NCBI GenBank assembly: GCA_951406725.2
Contig: OX597827.1
Coordinates: 36,766,001-36,830,000 of the forward strand
Direction: 5' to 3'
From: Octopus vulgaris
Lineage: Eukaryota
DNA: 64,000 nt
This document shows positions 13,293-25,860 of the stretch, piece after piece (the first letter of the stretch is position 1; every line of letters begins with the position of its first letter). The position numbers and the translations under genes are program-made. The notes beneath the pieces are model-generated. The model did no database searches. It worked only from the letters and a program-made list of their open reading frames with translations, and was not told where the DNA came from.

Positions 13293-15059
13293 TGTAAAAT
13301 GTCCTTTACTACAGTTTACTATAGTCGTAACGAACGCGGAAGCACACACAGACTCACAGGCACATACACATTCATAGAATTAATAATACTGAAAACAGCA
13401 AAATGTACACACACGAAGTTCAAGCGAAACGAAATAAAGTCAATATAGGTGCAAAATATACTCTCTGTAAATAGTTATGCCATAAAAAATTTGTTTTAGG
13501 GAATATTTCCAAAAGAAATATTCCAGGTTTGTAAAGTCACCAATTTAGCAAAAGTTACTATGCGTCACCAATGTAACAAAGTACAGAGTGTCAAAATTTA
13601 TTTGGAACATGTACTAAATGTCATAAAATTCAGGATTGAATGTCACGGTGAAGAAAGTGAAACTCCAAGAAAATTCAGAAGGTATAATTCAATTTTTCAT
13701 ACAAAATTAATTTATTATTTTACAATTTTGAAATGAACGCTGAACAAAGTGTATACAAAGGAATATGTTGCTGTTGTGAACGTTAATTAATTTAAACCAT
13801 TTGCTGAAGGATGTATGTAAAAAGACATAAATTAATTTGACATTACTATTTATTTTAACTGTGTGAGGTTATATAGGTTGTAAAGTAAACACTAACGCGG
13901 TAGAAAAAAGTTTTGCGGCATTGAATACCCACAGTGATGAAACATAGGAGGGATATGATAAGGACGCTAGGACTGTTACAAAAGCATTATCTTCAAACTG
14001 GTTATGGGGAGTAGAATAACATTTTTGTAATTTTATTGAAAGAGTCGCTAAAGCTTTTTACTTCGCCAAATATCCGAATCTGTTATAACCAGAATAACAT
14101 TTTGTTTTCAGATATATTTGCGAGTATTGTGAGTGCTGTCAAATTAGCCAAACCTTCATGTTTGTTTTTAAAAACCAGAATAATATTTCAGCCCATAAGC
14201 AGTGATAATCGTTAATGCAACTCTCCATGAGGGAAAAGGAAAATTCAAACTGTGGTATTTCAAAGAAAACGCTGTTGTTCGTTCAACGCCCAGGCTGCAA
14301 CTAAACTAAACTCTTTCAAAATCGGAGCGTTTCACTGTTGGGCGGTACAGTCATATACATATACTAAGACAGACACACACAGACAGACATTCACGCACAT
14401 CTCAGGCCTATCTCTGTCCCTTTGTGTGTCTGTCTCTGTCTTTAGATGTGTGTGTGTCAGTCGTCACAAAAATGTATTTATTCTGACAGACACATACATT
14501 GTCACACACTTATACTTCTCAGTCATCGGCCTAACATATGCAATGAACGCGCGAACATACTCATATATGGAATTATAACCATGTCGGATTTCATCACGTA
14601 GGAAAGCATCATGATAAGGGGACATTATGCTAATGTATTTGGAATACTTAAACGCCATTTATACATTTATTGCACCCCTGAAACGGCCGTAGATGATATC
14701 CTTTACCTGAATTCACCAGAATCTGTATATATTTATTTTCCTATTTATCGACCTGTTTACCCCAGAATTTTAAAATTTTGAACTCTCATCCGACATTTCG
14801 CATAAACATCAAACTCTTAATCGATTCCAACAGTTCCTTTTGGAAACCATTACCTCAAATTTTTATCTCTTTATTTGTCACTCCTTCATTCAGTACTTGA
14901 ACCCAAAATACATGATGCATAGTTTTCACATATGGCTTTTACATGTAATTTTGTTCACTGATTTATAAATTTATATGTATATTTATTTCGTTGTGTATTT
15001 TAAATTATGCTTTTGAATTTGTATTGATTGCCTAGATGTGTTCCTTCTATAATTTCCCT

Positions 15060-15255
15060 TATCCTTCGATTTTCCTGGCAGTGTTACCCTCGGAACTTTC
15101 CATGGAATTCTAGGAATTTTCCAGGAGTTATCATCCACGGAACTTTCCACGAAATCTTCGGAATTTTCCAGGACGTTTTATCCTTGGAGCATTCCAGGAA
15201 GTCCCCGGAATTTTCCAGGAAGTCTCAACCTCGAATCTTTCCAGGAAAATTTTGA
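15060..15255. repeat. degenerate GGAA/TTCC minisatellite
   Basis: Recurrent ggaa(c/t)tttcca and ttccaggaa units. Confidence 0.75.
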
Positions 15256-15856
15256 AAATATCTCAGTTACATCTGTGATGTTGGTAAAACGTGTTTGTCC
15301 ATCTCCTTATCCTCTTGGTGCCTTTGGACAAAAAATTATACAAATGAATCCTTCAAATTTTTCTAAATTCTATATTTTTATGCAGCTGAAGTTTGCTCTA
15401 CATTTTAAATTGATGTAATGCTTGCATTTTCAATTAAATAGAGTCGCATGAAACGATCGTACTGCATTACCTCTGGATATCCTTGTTGCTTATTTTGATT
15501 ATAATCACCTTATTTAAAATTATATGGATAATGCCATACTAAAATCTGGTGCCTTCAACTTAAGTACCTCATTCATCTGACTCTTTATATATACATATAT
15601 ATAGTAAATAAAAAAATCAAGAACAGACACAAGAAAAAATAACAACGTAAGAACGTGGACGCTCATGAAAAGAAAGTTGATTTTACGTTTCGAGCAAAGA
15701 TCTACTTAAAAAACAGGAGAGAAAGAGGAAAGTCCAAGAAAAAAGGAAGACGGAGAACAAAGATCGCCAACGATTCACATGTGGTTACATTTCGAAATGA
15801 CCGGAAGGGAATAGTATTGATAAAATAGGAGATGGAATGTGTGATAGACTTTATTG

Positions 15857-15900
15857 GGTGCAACACGTTTCGACCCGTTCTGGGGTTCTTCAGGTACACC
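15857..15900 (-). ncRNA. candidate minimal hammerhead ribozyme
   Basis: ggtgtac CUGAAGA accc-cagaac-gggt c GAAA cgtg UU gcacc. Confidence 0.5.
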
Positions 15901-16071
15901 AATAAAATCTCACCAGGGATTTCTCGAGTTGGCTTAAGTACTATTATATGTATATATATATATCATCACTATCATCATCATCATCATTTAGCGTCTGGTT
16001 TCCCTACTGGCATGAGTTATAGTATTTGACTGAAAGTGGTAAGCCAGAGAGTTGTACCTAGTTTCAGCCTG

Positions 16072-16114
<43 letters not shown>

Positions 16115-16149
16115 CACACGTATTCAGCATTGATATAAAAGATTGTGGT

Positions 16150-16410
16150 CAGTGGTACCTTTGGGAATAATTACTGAAGACTACCGTCTGGTAGTATGTT
16201 CTCTTGTACTCGAGGCACAAGACCCAAAAGATTTTGGGAGGGGACCAGACGATTAGATCAGTCCCAGTACGCAACTGGTACTTAATTCATCGACCCCGAG
16301 GATGAAAGGCTAAGTCAACCTCGGCGGAATTTGAACTCAGATCGTAATGTCAGACGAAATACCATTAAGCACTTCGCCCGACATGCTAACGTCTCTGCCA
16401 GCTCATTGCC
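16150..16410 (-). mobile_element. tRNA-derived SINE (family B)
   Basis: B box GAGTTCAAATTCC and central gcctttcatcc..ggggtcgat..taagtaccag; same family as 40284-40516. Confidence 0.8.
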
Positions 16411-16479
16411 TTCTGTCTGGTGCAATATTGAAACAAGATGAATCACACATCAGCTCACACACAAACTCACACAGACACA

Positions 16480-16530
<51 letters not shown>

Positions 16531-16994
16531 GCGCATGTGTGTGTGTATGTGTGTGTGTGTACGCGCGCGTACTCATATCCTTTTAATGATAGTACTGCAG
16601 CCATTCTAGAGCACCGCCTTAATGTATTTTCAATTAGTTTTTGTTGTTGCTTCTTGACTGGAAGGTGGTCTATGATTGGGTTTTCTAGTAGCTGTTCTCC
16701 TCTGAATGCATCATCCTTGAATGGTTGACTTCTAAGGTATCGTTAAGAGTTCATTCAATGAGTTTTTGGAGGGGTTTTTAATGTTTCAGTAGAAGTCTCT
16801 TTTATATTTCTTTTAATTTAGATAGGTAGTTGAACAGTTGAGGGACCTCTAAATGTCAGATTGTTACAATAGAGTATTTTAGCCCATGATTTCGAACGAA
16901 GTATATTTGCAAGCTTAGAGTATATAAATGCTCGTGCATTAAAACTCTCTCCAGTCCCGACATTTAGAGGTCCCTCAACTGTTCAACTACCTAT

Positions 16995-17262
16995 CTATAT
17001 TTAAGAGATGAGAAATTATGTACATTATTTACATTATTTACATTCGATAGATATTTGTCCTCATCTTGTTTGTTGCTAACACAACGTTTCGGCTGATATA
17101 CCATCGAACCTTCTTCAGGTGTATTAGGGAAATTTCGAACCTGTGTTCTCATTCTTAAGGTATTTTCGATGTTATTATTATTATTATTGTTATTGCTAGT
17201 GTTCATGTCACTGCTTGGAATCTTGGGGTTAGTAGCCCGCGCTCTTAACCACTACACCATAT
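16995..17262 (-). mobile_element. tRNA-headed SINE-like element containing a hammerhead motif
   Basis: TGGTGTAGTGG A box, (AAT)n linker, GTTCGAAAT, HHR at 17079-17122 (acac CUGAAGA a-ggtt..agcc GAAAC GUU gtgt); homologous to 40181-41010. Confidence 0.75.
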
Positions 17263-17399
17263 GTCCCCCAACAATTTTCCATATGAATGTGATAGTATAT
17301 ATTTCTTTTTGGTGTCAAGAGACTCAGCGCTTTCAGACATTCTCGGTAAATAAAACTTTTGACTGAATGTATTTTACCAGTGAACATTCCTTGTAAGCC

Positions 17400-18440
17400 T
17401 TCAATTTCTTCTATGAGACCAGATGAGTTAGAAGATTAAAATTGTAAGCAGTAATATAAACTGCTCAGAACTAGGGTTTTCCCTAAAAATAAAACTAACT
17501 ACCGGTTCCTTTGTCATGAATGTTCGTAGGATGCAGCCTATGAGTTTGCTGCATTTAAAGGTTAGTTTGATAATATGGCTGATGGAAAATGCATCATTTG
17601 ACATGATTACACCTAAGTCCTGTATGTCATTAGTGCTCTGAATCATTATGTTACCTTGTGTCAAATATTGCGATTTGGGTGAATTAGTTTGTAATGAAGA
17701 AGCTGAAATTTTGATGTACTAATTTTCGTATTTTTTCTGGTTTAGCTCCTAGCCATCGATATTCTTGTGTAATTCATTCCCTGATGTATACGACGTATTA
17801 CAGGTAACTTAGAGAGAAATCCATTTGCAGTAATAAGTTGACTCCTACCGTACAGGGAGTTAAAGAACTATTCTCCGACTTTTCCTGTGATACCAAGATT
17901 TCTTAAATTATGACAGATGATTCCATGATCAGTCTTGTCAAACGCCTTAACAATATCAAGGTTTTAACAGTCAATGATCTTTCCCCTTAAGAGATTATTA
18001 GAGGTAGTGTTATGATGCTGTAAGAATTGTGACAGGCAAATTCGTTCAGTCCGAAACCTATACTGAGTGTCATCTAAGTTGTTTTCCTGGCAGGTCGTTG
18101 ATATAGAGAAGGAAAAGTGTTGCATGCATTCGTCTCCGCGGGGAGATCTCCATTTATCTGTACCCAAAAGGTTCGATAGCTCAGGAAAGAAGAAATCCAC
18201 AAAATCACCACTGGATGAATCTTGAATGCTCGAAGTTTGCGCAAGAGAAGTCAGTGATTAACGGAGTCAAACGCCTTTGCGAAGTCCAAAAATACCACGC
18301 TCACCAAGTTTTCTTCATCCATGGTCCTTGTAATCCATTCTTCAAGAAGGAGAAGATTTGTTATGCAAGATCTTCAGGGTAGAAATCCATGCTGCGAGTC
18401 GGATATTTCTTTGTACCATATACAGATAATTGTATAATGC
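17400..18440 (-). mobile_element. CR1/L2-like LINE RT fragments (at least two)
   Basis: QDLGVIMS..GCILRTF; KAFDKTDHGII; SQHGF..RSCITNLL..FLDFAKAFDSVNH. Confidence 0.8.
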
Positions 18441-20113
18441 TTTGGTTGGAAATAGCTGTGGGAATGACCTGAGTATGTTATTTTCCCTTAATTGGACGGG
18501 TAATGATTTGTTGTATGGGAAAGTCTTTTGTTGTATCGAGGAAAGGGTTCATATCTCTCCACTTCAGTTGCTTAGTTCCAGGCTGGATATAATCCTCGGA
18601 CCAGCTAAGATTAGTAAAATTAAAGACCCCTGTTAAAAGCATATTAGCCTGTGTGCTGGCCTCAGCTAGGGTTAGACTTATGAGCCAAAAAAAGCACCTC
18701 TGAAATGATCTTCGTGGTTAGCCGCGTCAGGATGACGGTAGGTAATGCTTTTAATATCATTTCCTTTTTATATAAATTAGTCTGAGATTGTCGAATACAT
18801 TTCTTTGCAAATTAGGTAATTTCGGGGTTGGTCTGCAATCATTTATAGTAAATGTTTCCTTTCAAAATCTTTTTTTTTTTTTTTTTATTAAACTGGACTA
18901 GTATTTCGAATGAGCAATAAATATCAAAGCATTTAACAATGAGCATTAAATTTCAAAGATAAAAATAAATCATTTTGTTCCCTTGTCAAACTTTGGACCT
19001 AACAACCTATATAAGAAAACCGATATGACTGAAAGAATTTTTAAAGGGCTTTTATTTTTAGGCTGAGGTCAAACAGTTGAATCTATTCAACCATGTCGTC
19101 AGTCTTTAGCAACATCAACTACAAAGAACATTTTCAGCATTGCAAGATTTTGGAGTTATTTTTGTCAGAATAGAGCTGTCTTCAAGAATCCAAGTAATGC
19201 TATGTATTGAAGAGTAGCCGTAGATGCTGGTCATGTTGTTGTTCTTGTTGTTTGCTGCTGTTGTCATTTTTTTATTTTGACGCTACTTTGCTTCAGAAGT
19301 TGGTTAGTCATAAATTCCCTTGGGAATTTTAAGTCCAGCTTCATCACTTTTATTTATTTATTTTTGTTCTTTGTTTTTGCTTTGAAACGAAATCTAGCTT
19401 CAAGCATCTTATACAGATAATTTTTTAGACACTATTTTCTGAAACTGGTAAAATTATGTAGGGGGTGCAAATTTTGATCTTGCACCACCTGAAAATTCCA
19501 AGGGGTGCAGGTGCACACGCTGCACCCCCTGTTCCCGGGCCCTTGTTCAAGGAACTCTCAACCGGTTTTTTAAGCACATCGAACAAGAACAGCCAGAATC
19601 AGCTGTTGATGTTGACGATCCACAGCTATCTACTTCCGCGATGTAAACAAACCAAATTGTATGTATGTATTGGTAAATTTAAAATAATTTAGCTTTTTTT
19701 TACTATTACAAAATAATAATAATTTCTGAATTTGCTTTTTAAGCTTAAAAAAGGTTTTTATTTAACCACGTCTTATTGCAAACCGCATTAATAAATAAAG
19801 CGTCCGCGATGTACGGCAATCACCGCCAAATTGTATTCATAAATTTAGATTACATTTTCTTTTACTGTACTGTATTAAAAAATTACAACTATTTGTTTGT
19901 AAGCTTAAAATAGCTTTTTATTGACCATATATTATTGAAAATGCATTCATAAATAAAGCACAGAACTGTGAACGGTTATTATCGGTTTAGCCTGGAGACA
20001 AGTAAATTCGGACTAGCCTAGCCTAGCCTAGCCTAGAGACAGGTAATTCGACTTAAGTCGTGTCTCCTGGAACCAATTAATGATGTAGGGTGAGGTATGC
20101 CTTTATATATATA

Positions 20114-21695
20114 CTAGCAGTATCGCCCGGCGTTGCTCGGGTTTGTTTCGACCCGCTGGAATTGTAATTTTGAAAAGTAAAAATTTTGTGAACATTTTTC
20201 TGGTCGAAATATACCGAAAAGTGGCGACACAGCAGTGAAAAAATCGTAAAAAATAGGGATTTTCATAGAAAAAAGCAGCTTTTTGATGTAAATAATTTTT
20301 GGTGTTAACATGGTCCGATTTGAATTTTATGTTCTACGGAAGGAAGAGCAACCCTTCTTCTATCATACTCTCAATTTTGGTCAACTTGCGCCGCAGGGTC
20401 TCGGAGGAGATAGTGTTAGTTGAAGGTTACCAAACGTGGCGCACACAGACAACTTCAGCTTTATATAGAGATAACACACACACATTAATACACATACATA
20501 GACACACACACACATGTATGTATGGATGTATATATGTACATCTGTCCACTTCTTGCAATATTTTTATCCTTCACTTCCTACACACACACACACACCTTAT
20601 TAGCTTACAATTTCTTTCTGTCAACAATTGACAACAGAAGTACGCTCGCCAATTAATACTACCAAAATTTAACGACAGAAAGTAAATTAAAAACCAATTT
20701 ACCTTTTCTGTATTGTTATGGCAATCCGACCGTCGGTGTGTTTTTGCAAATGTGTTCGAATGAGAAGTGAGTTGTGTTTGGCGCCTTTTTTACTAATAAC
20801 AAACACACACGTGTGTGTGTGTTTGAGTGTTTGTATGTAGTTGTTTGAAACGTTTGTGTTTGTCACTGTCATATATGTATGTGTATGCGTGTGTGTGAGG
20901 AATGGCAAACCAGATAGATAGCGCGCGAAGTTCGTTTGAAGTTCGCGCTCCGCTTGTGTGTGTGTGTGTGCGTGCTTTAGGTACACAGCACAACATTACT
21001 CTCTCTGTCTCTTTACACACACTAACAAAAGCACTTCACTTACACACCACACTTTCTGTGTCGCACATCCCATCAAACACACACACACATACACACACAC
21101 ACTCACGCACGCACACATGTACATCAATGCTTTCGGAGTGAAATGTTAAAATAATTGAGTTTTCTCGAATTTTGTCTTAATTGGGGGTGAAATTGAAAGA
21201 AATTTTGTATGGCATGACCGAATGGAAGTACTTGTAAAAATCATAGGTAAACTGTAATTGAAGAAATTGTGTGAGGAGTAAATCGTTATGTATTTATTTG
21301 TTTCTGTTTGCTGTTTTTTTTTTTTGAATAGTGGTTTAAGGTACACTTCTCTCGTTTTATAGAAATACTTTCACTTTAATCGTTGCACGCTTGCAAAGAG
21401 AAAGGAGGAGAAATTAGGGTGATAGCGTGAGTGAAGCAGATCGCTCCGTTTTTGTGTGTGTGTGTGCGTGTGCTGTAGCCCACACTAATAAAAGCACTTC
21501 ACTTACACACCACAATGTGAGTTTTCTCTAAATTTTGCTTAATTGGGGTTGAAATTTGAAAAACTGGACCTGGCACGACCCGATTTATTCTACTCTTAAA
21601 AATGCTAGGTAAATTGTAATTGAAGAAATCCTATATTGTAGATTTCTATAAGAGACAAAGGGAGGCAGATAAAATCTGCCTTTTATAATAAGAGA
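20114..21695 (-). mobile_element. non-autonomous Helitron with a second, internal 5' end
   Basis: 3' hairpin cccgagcaacgccggg then CTAG|T; 5' ends A|TCTCTTATTATAAAA (21695) and A|TCTCTATATAAAG (20471); internal direct repeats. Confidence 0.8.
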
Positions 21696-22298
21696 TATAT
21701 GACGGAATTCTTTCGGTTTCCGTCAACGAAATTCACTCACGTGGCTTTGGTCGACCCGAGGCTTGAGTACAGGCACACTTTAAAATATAGAGTTGTATTT
21801 CGTGTAGCTACCTGTTGGTGACTTTTATCTCTCATCCATTTTGTAGAGGGTATTACCCAATTTTCTGGGCTCTTTTCACAGCTATACTCCGTTCGAAATT
21901 TGCATTAGATTTTTATGTAAAAAGAAAAAGGAAGGGAGACGGGCTTCTTTGTAGGTCGTAGAGAAAACGATAAACATGCCTGAAAAAACCCCCCAAAAAA
22001 CAAAACAATCCCCCTCACTCCAACTAAGACACGAAGAACTATGAAAGAAGGCGAATAAGTACCGGTTTGGGGAAAAGAAGAGAACTAACAGTCGATCGTT
22101 CTAGAACTCCCAGAATAAAGACGGACACACTTGAAAGACTTTCCCTCTATTCATTACTAAATATCTTCCCTCTTCATTGTTAAAAGTAAAGAAGCTAGAA
22201 AGGATCGATTGTATTTCAGTCTGCCATAGTAAATGACTGGGGCTTTTCTTTCTCTGCCTCTATCGCTTCACTCTCTTTTTCTACGGTTAAGAGAGTGA

Positions 22299-22620
22299 AT
22301 GTGCGTGGCTCAGTGGTTAGGAATATTTGGCCCACGATCGCAAAGTCATGAGTACGATTTCCTGCGGCGCGCTGTGTTTTTGAGCAAGGTACTCTACTTC
22401 ACTTTGCTGCAGTTCACTCAGCTGCCAAAAATGAGTTGTAGGTGTAATTCAAAGGGGCCAGCCATGTCACATTCTAGGTGAAGCTGAATCTCCCTGAGAA
22501 CTACTTTATGGTATGCATGTCTGTGGAGTACTCAGCCACTTGCATGTTAATTTTACGAGCATACTGTTCGATGATCAGATAAACAGGAACTTCGTCATCG
22601 TAACTGACGGAGTGCGATTT
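22299..22620 (+). mobile_element. tRNA-derived SINE (family C)
   Basis: A box TGGCTCAGTGG, CORE-like tgtg..ttgagcaag; related pieces at 43830-44052 and 48150-48280. Confidence 0.75.
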
Positions 22621-22799
22621 AAAAAAAAAAGTGAAAGAAAAGGAAATGTTTGGCGTTTTTATACCCAATATAGGAGAGAAAGGCTTTTACACAATTTGAA
22701 TGGATATATATTCAATATGCAAAAATGAAAAGAAAATGGAGATTTACAATTGGCACATTTTAATTTACTTGATAAGTACATTTTAATTTATTAGGGAGA

Positions 22800-22980
22800 G
22801 TTAACGAAAAAACAAAAGACGAAGACAGGTGGTGTACAAAACAAACAGATGTATTAGTATAACGCTCAGGAATAGAAAAGTCTTTTACGTTTCGAGCCTT
22901 ACGCTCTTCTACAGAAAGGAACACAGAAAAAACAAGGAGAGAAAAAATTGTGTGTAGTGGCTAACGATCAATCATGGCGA
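22800..22980 (-). mobile_element. short PLE-related repeat with HHR-like motif
   Basis: 22882-22918 minus: ttt CUGUAGA a-gagc-gtaag-gctc GAAAC GUA aaa; relatives at 15610-15790, 55045-55155 and 63460-63835. Confidence 0.55.
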
Positions 22981-23044
22981 TCAATTTATTATCATAGTAC
23001 TATATTATTATTTTAATAATATAATATAAATACAAATATTATAA

Positions 23045-23121
23045 TCCTACAATTGTTTCAATTCCGATCCAACAATAAATTTATGAAAATTCATGTTTCT
23101 GGATAAGAATCTCATCAGGGA
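23045..23121 (-). ncRNA. hammerhead ribozyme in fold-back repeat
   Basis: tcc CUGAUGA gauuc..(long insert)..gaauu GAAA caauug UA gga; inverted copy at 23146-23224 has C3 changed to A. Confidence 0.7.
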
Positions 23122-23340
23122 ATTATGTAACTTTTGCCAAATATTTCCATGATGAGATTCTTACCTATAAACATGAATTTTTATAAATTTATTATTGGAT
23201 CTGAATTGAAACAATTGTAGGATAATATTTATATAATAATAATTGTTATGTTAAATTGAAATGTGTTAATCGTAAATCTCCATTTTCCTTTTTCATTTGT
23301 GTGTTTATATATATATATATATACGTCAGGCGTGACTCTT

Positions 23341-23530
23341 GGCGCAGACACGGCTGTGTGGTACGAAGCTTGCTTCCAACCACATGATTCCGGGTTCAGT
23401 TCCACTGCGTGACACCTTGGTTAGGTGTCTTCTACTATAGCCTCGGGCTAATTAATGTCTTGAGTGGACATTGTAAACGGAAACTGAAAGCTTGTGTGTG
23501 TGTGTGTGACCACTGTTTGACAACCGGTGT
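23341..23530 (+). mobile_element. family A SINE, 5' part
   Basis: ggcgcag..ggctgtgtggt..gggttcagttccactgcg..accttgg. Confidence 0.8.
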
Positions 23531-23599
23531 TATTAACTAAAGGAATTAAATGTAGATAAATAGACTGTGAAGGCTATACAAGCTATATACAAAGCAATG

Positions 23600-25300
23600 T
23601 AAATGCCAACCATTTCAGTGACAAATTTAGCCGTCATTGTTGTTCAGGCCTTCACAGAAAAGTTTAAGACTGGCTGTCTATTGGAACTCTTGAATGCTGA
23701 TGTCTTAGTTCTCAAAACTATAGGCGAATCAGAGAGGCAATTCCAAGAATGTAAGCTGAACTTAGAATCAAGACAAACTTCGAGAAAATTAAGTTTTAGT
23801 AAGTTGGAAAGAAGATGAGTTCCTATCTGTAGGGAAATGGCCTTGCTTGATATGCAGAAAAAGTATAGCTATAAACTCCATACGTTGTACTCAGACTAAG
23901 TTATGGACACACAAGAGATGTAGTTGAATCACAGTAAGATTTCCGACAGTGTAAGTTTCGTGCTTGGTAGATGAATTAGAGCTGAACGTACAAGGAGCAC
24001 ACCAGAAGTAGATTCCAGTGTGCTCGGATGGCTTTCGTTTTTAGGACATATAATTAGCAAGGGAGGTGGTTGCTCTGAAAGTACGGCAGCCAGAGTAAGA
24101 ACGGGTCGGGGAAAAGCCAAGGAATTACTACTGCTGTGCCAACAGAAGTCTTTTCCCTCAGAGTGAAAGGCAGATTGCTTGTGTTAGAACTGCAATGCTG
24201 CATGGTTGTGACACACAGGCCTTAAAAGCAAAAAGTCTGCTGAGACTGGAAAGAAATGCAGCTAACATACTCAAATGGATATGCAACGTAGGTGCGCAAG
24301 AAAAATCAGATGTACAAAGTTGTATTCTAAATATTTTGAGACTTTTTCAGGTGACATTTACTAAGTTCAAAGAAGTACAAATCTCAAAGGAGTAGGGTCC
24401 TCTGATTTAAATACACTTGTTGTAGTGCCCCAGCCACTTAGCGAAGGCCCTATGGTAGTCCTCCAAAGTGAAGGTGTCTATGATACTGGTCACAGCCTCC
24501 ATCATCTTCAGACCGACTGCCCCCTTCAGCTTGGAGAGCAGTCAAAAGTTATAAGGAGCTAGGTCTCCACTATAGAGAGGATGAGAGACAATTTTGATGT
24601 ATATCTCTGTCAAGAATTTGGTTACCAGGGTACTCGTCATTAAGCACCGTGGGGACAAACCTTGCACAAATTTTGTGCATGTTCAAATCTTCATGAATAA
24701 TTTTGTTTTCAGTTTCCAGACCAACTCCAAACTGTATGCTTATTGTCTTTATAGAGACAGGAAAGTCTTCATGCAGAAAATTGTAACTTTTATCAACCAG
24801 CTCTGTGTTCTGGTATCTCTCTACCCCCCACACCTTTCATCGTCTCTTTACCAATGTCCTTGAACCGTTATGCCAGTGTAAAATTTAATTCATAAGCAAT
24901 GCTGGAGCATTTCGTAAGTTTCTATAGCGTTGTTGTCGAAATTAACACAGAACTTTAGTGCGAGCTTCCAGATTGTCTCCACGTTCAGACTGCATTCTGC
25001 AAACTAGTCAGCAGTGGCAAGCACCTAAATAAAGTTTCTCCTAAAAAAGTCTCAAAACTTCTTTCATGCAGTGTGCATGAAAGACGACTGCCGCTATGGA
25101 TATGTGATGCGTATGGATGAGGATACATGAATAAAGAAATGCAGAGCAGTTATTGTGGATGGAGTTTGTGGAAGAGGTTAACATAGGAAGACATTGGACG
25201 CAGTAGTGAAGGATGGTCTCAGGACCTTTGATCTTCACTAAAGACATGGCAAAGAACTGGGATGGCTGGCAATATGTAGTGCCGAAAAAACTCGCCCACC
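23600..25300 (+). mobile_element. decayed RTE LINE interrupted by a mariner
   Basis: QAFTEKFKTGCLLELLNAD RT motif; RTE 3' region resumes at about 25060. Confidence 0.75.
24312..25060 (-). mobile_element. decayed mariner nested in the RTE
   Basis: IIHEDLNMHKICARFVP (WVP-motif region); degenerate TIRs ttttgagacttttt / aaaaagtctcaaaa. Confidence 0.7.
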
Positions 25301-25860
25301 TCGGCGAAACTGACATTTTGGAAGCACAGTGTCTATATATATAAACAACTGGGCTCTTGCCCAATTTCCTTTAACTGACCTCTCAATCATCTACCTAACT
25401 GCAGTATTCTGCTGCTGTAATTAAACGGGAGTAGAGCTGTGTATTTTTTTTTTCTCTGATACTAGCTATCTTTCTCATTACTTTCCTCATTTCTCATTAC
25501 TATTGACATACAGCCTTCGTTATTTATATGGTCTCTAAGGCAAAGAACTGGCAGGACCGTTAGCAGGCCGGATTAAATGCTTAGCAACATTTCGTTCGTC
25601 TTTACATTCTGAGTTCATATTCCACCGAGGTCGACTCCCCTAAATTACAGGCCTTGTACCTATAATAGAAAGGATTATTATCACTACACTACCCTGTTGC
25701 TCTTCAATCTTTTCTACAGTGTTACGCATCACCTACTATTCCACAATCTCATGTATACCGATCAACCCGTGCCCTCTGTTCACTACATCTACCCCTCAAC
25801 CCTATTCGCTCTCTACTCTTCCTTATCGTTTCTCTAACGTGTGTATATATATATATATAT

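Noticed and set aside
16175-16200. Hammerhead (ctgaaga ctacc..ggtag)
   Set aside because: No GAAA after the stem
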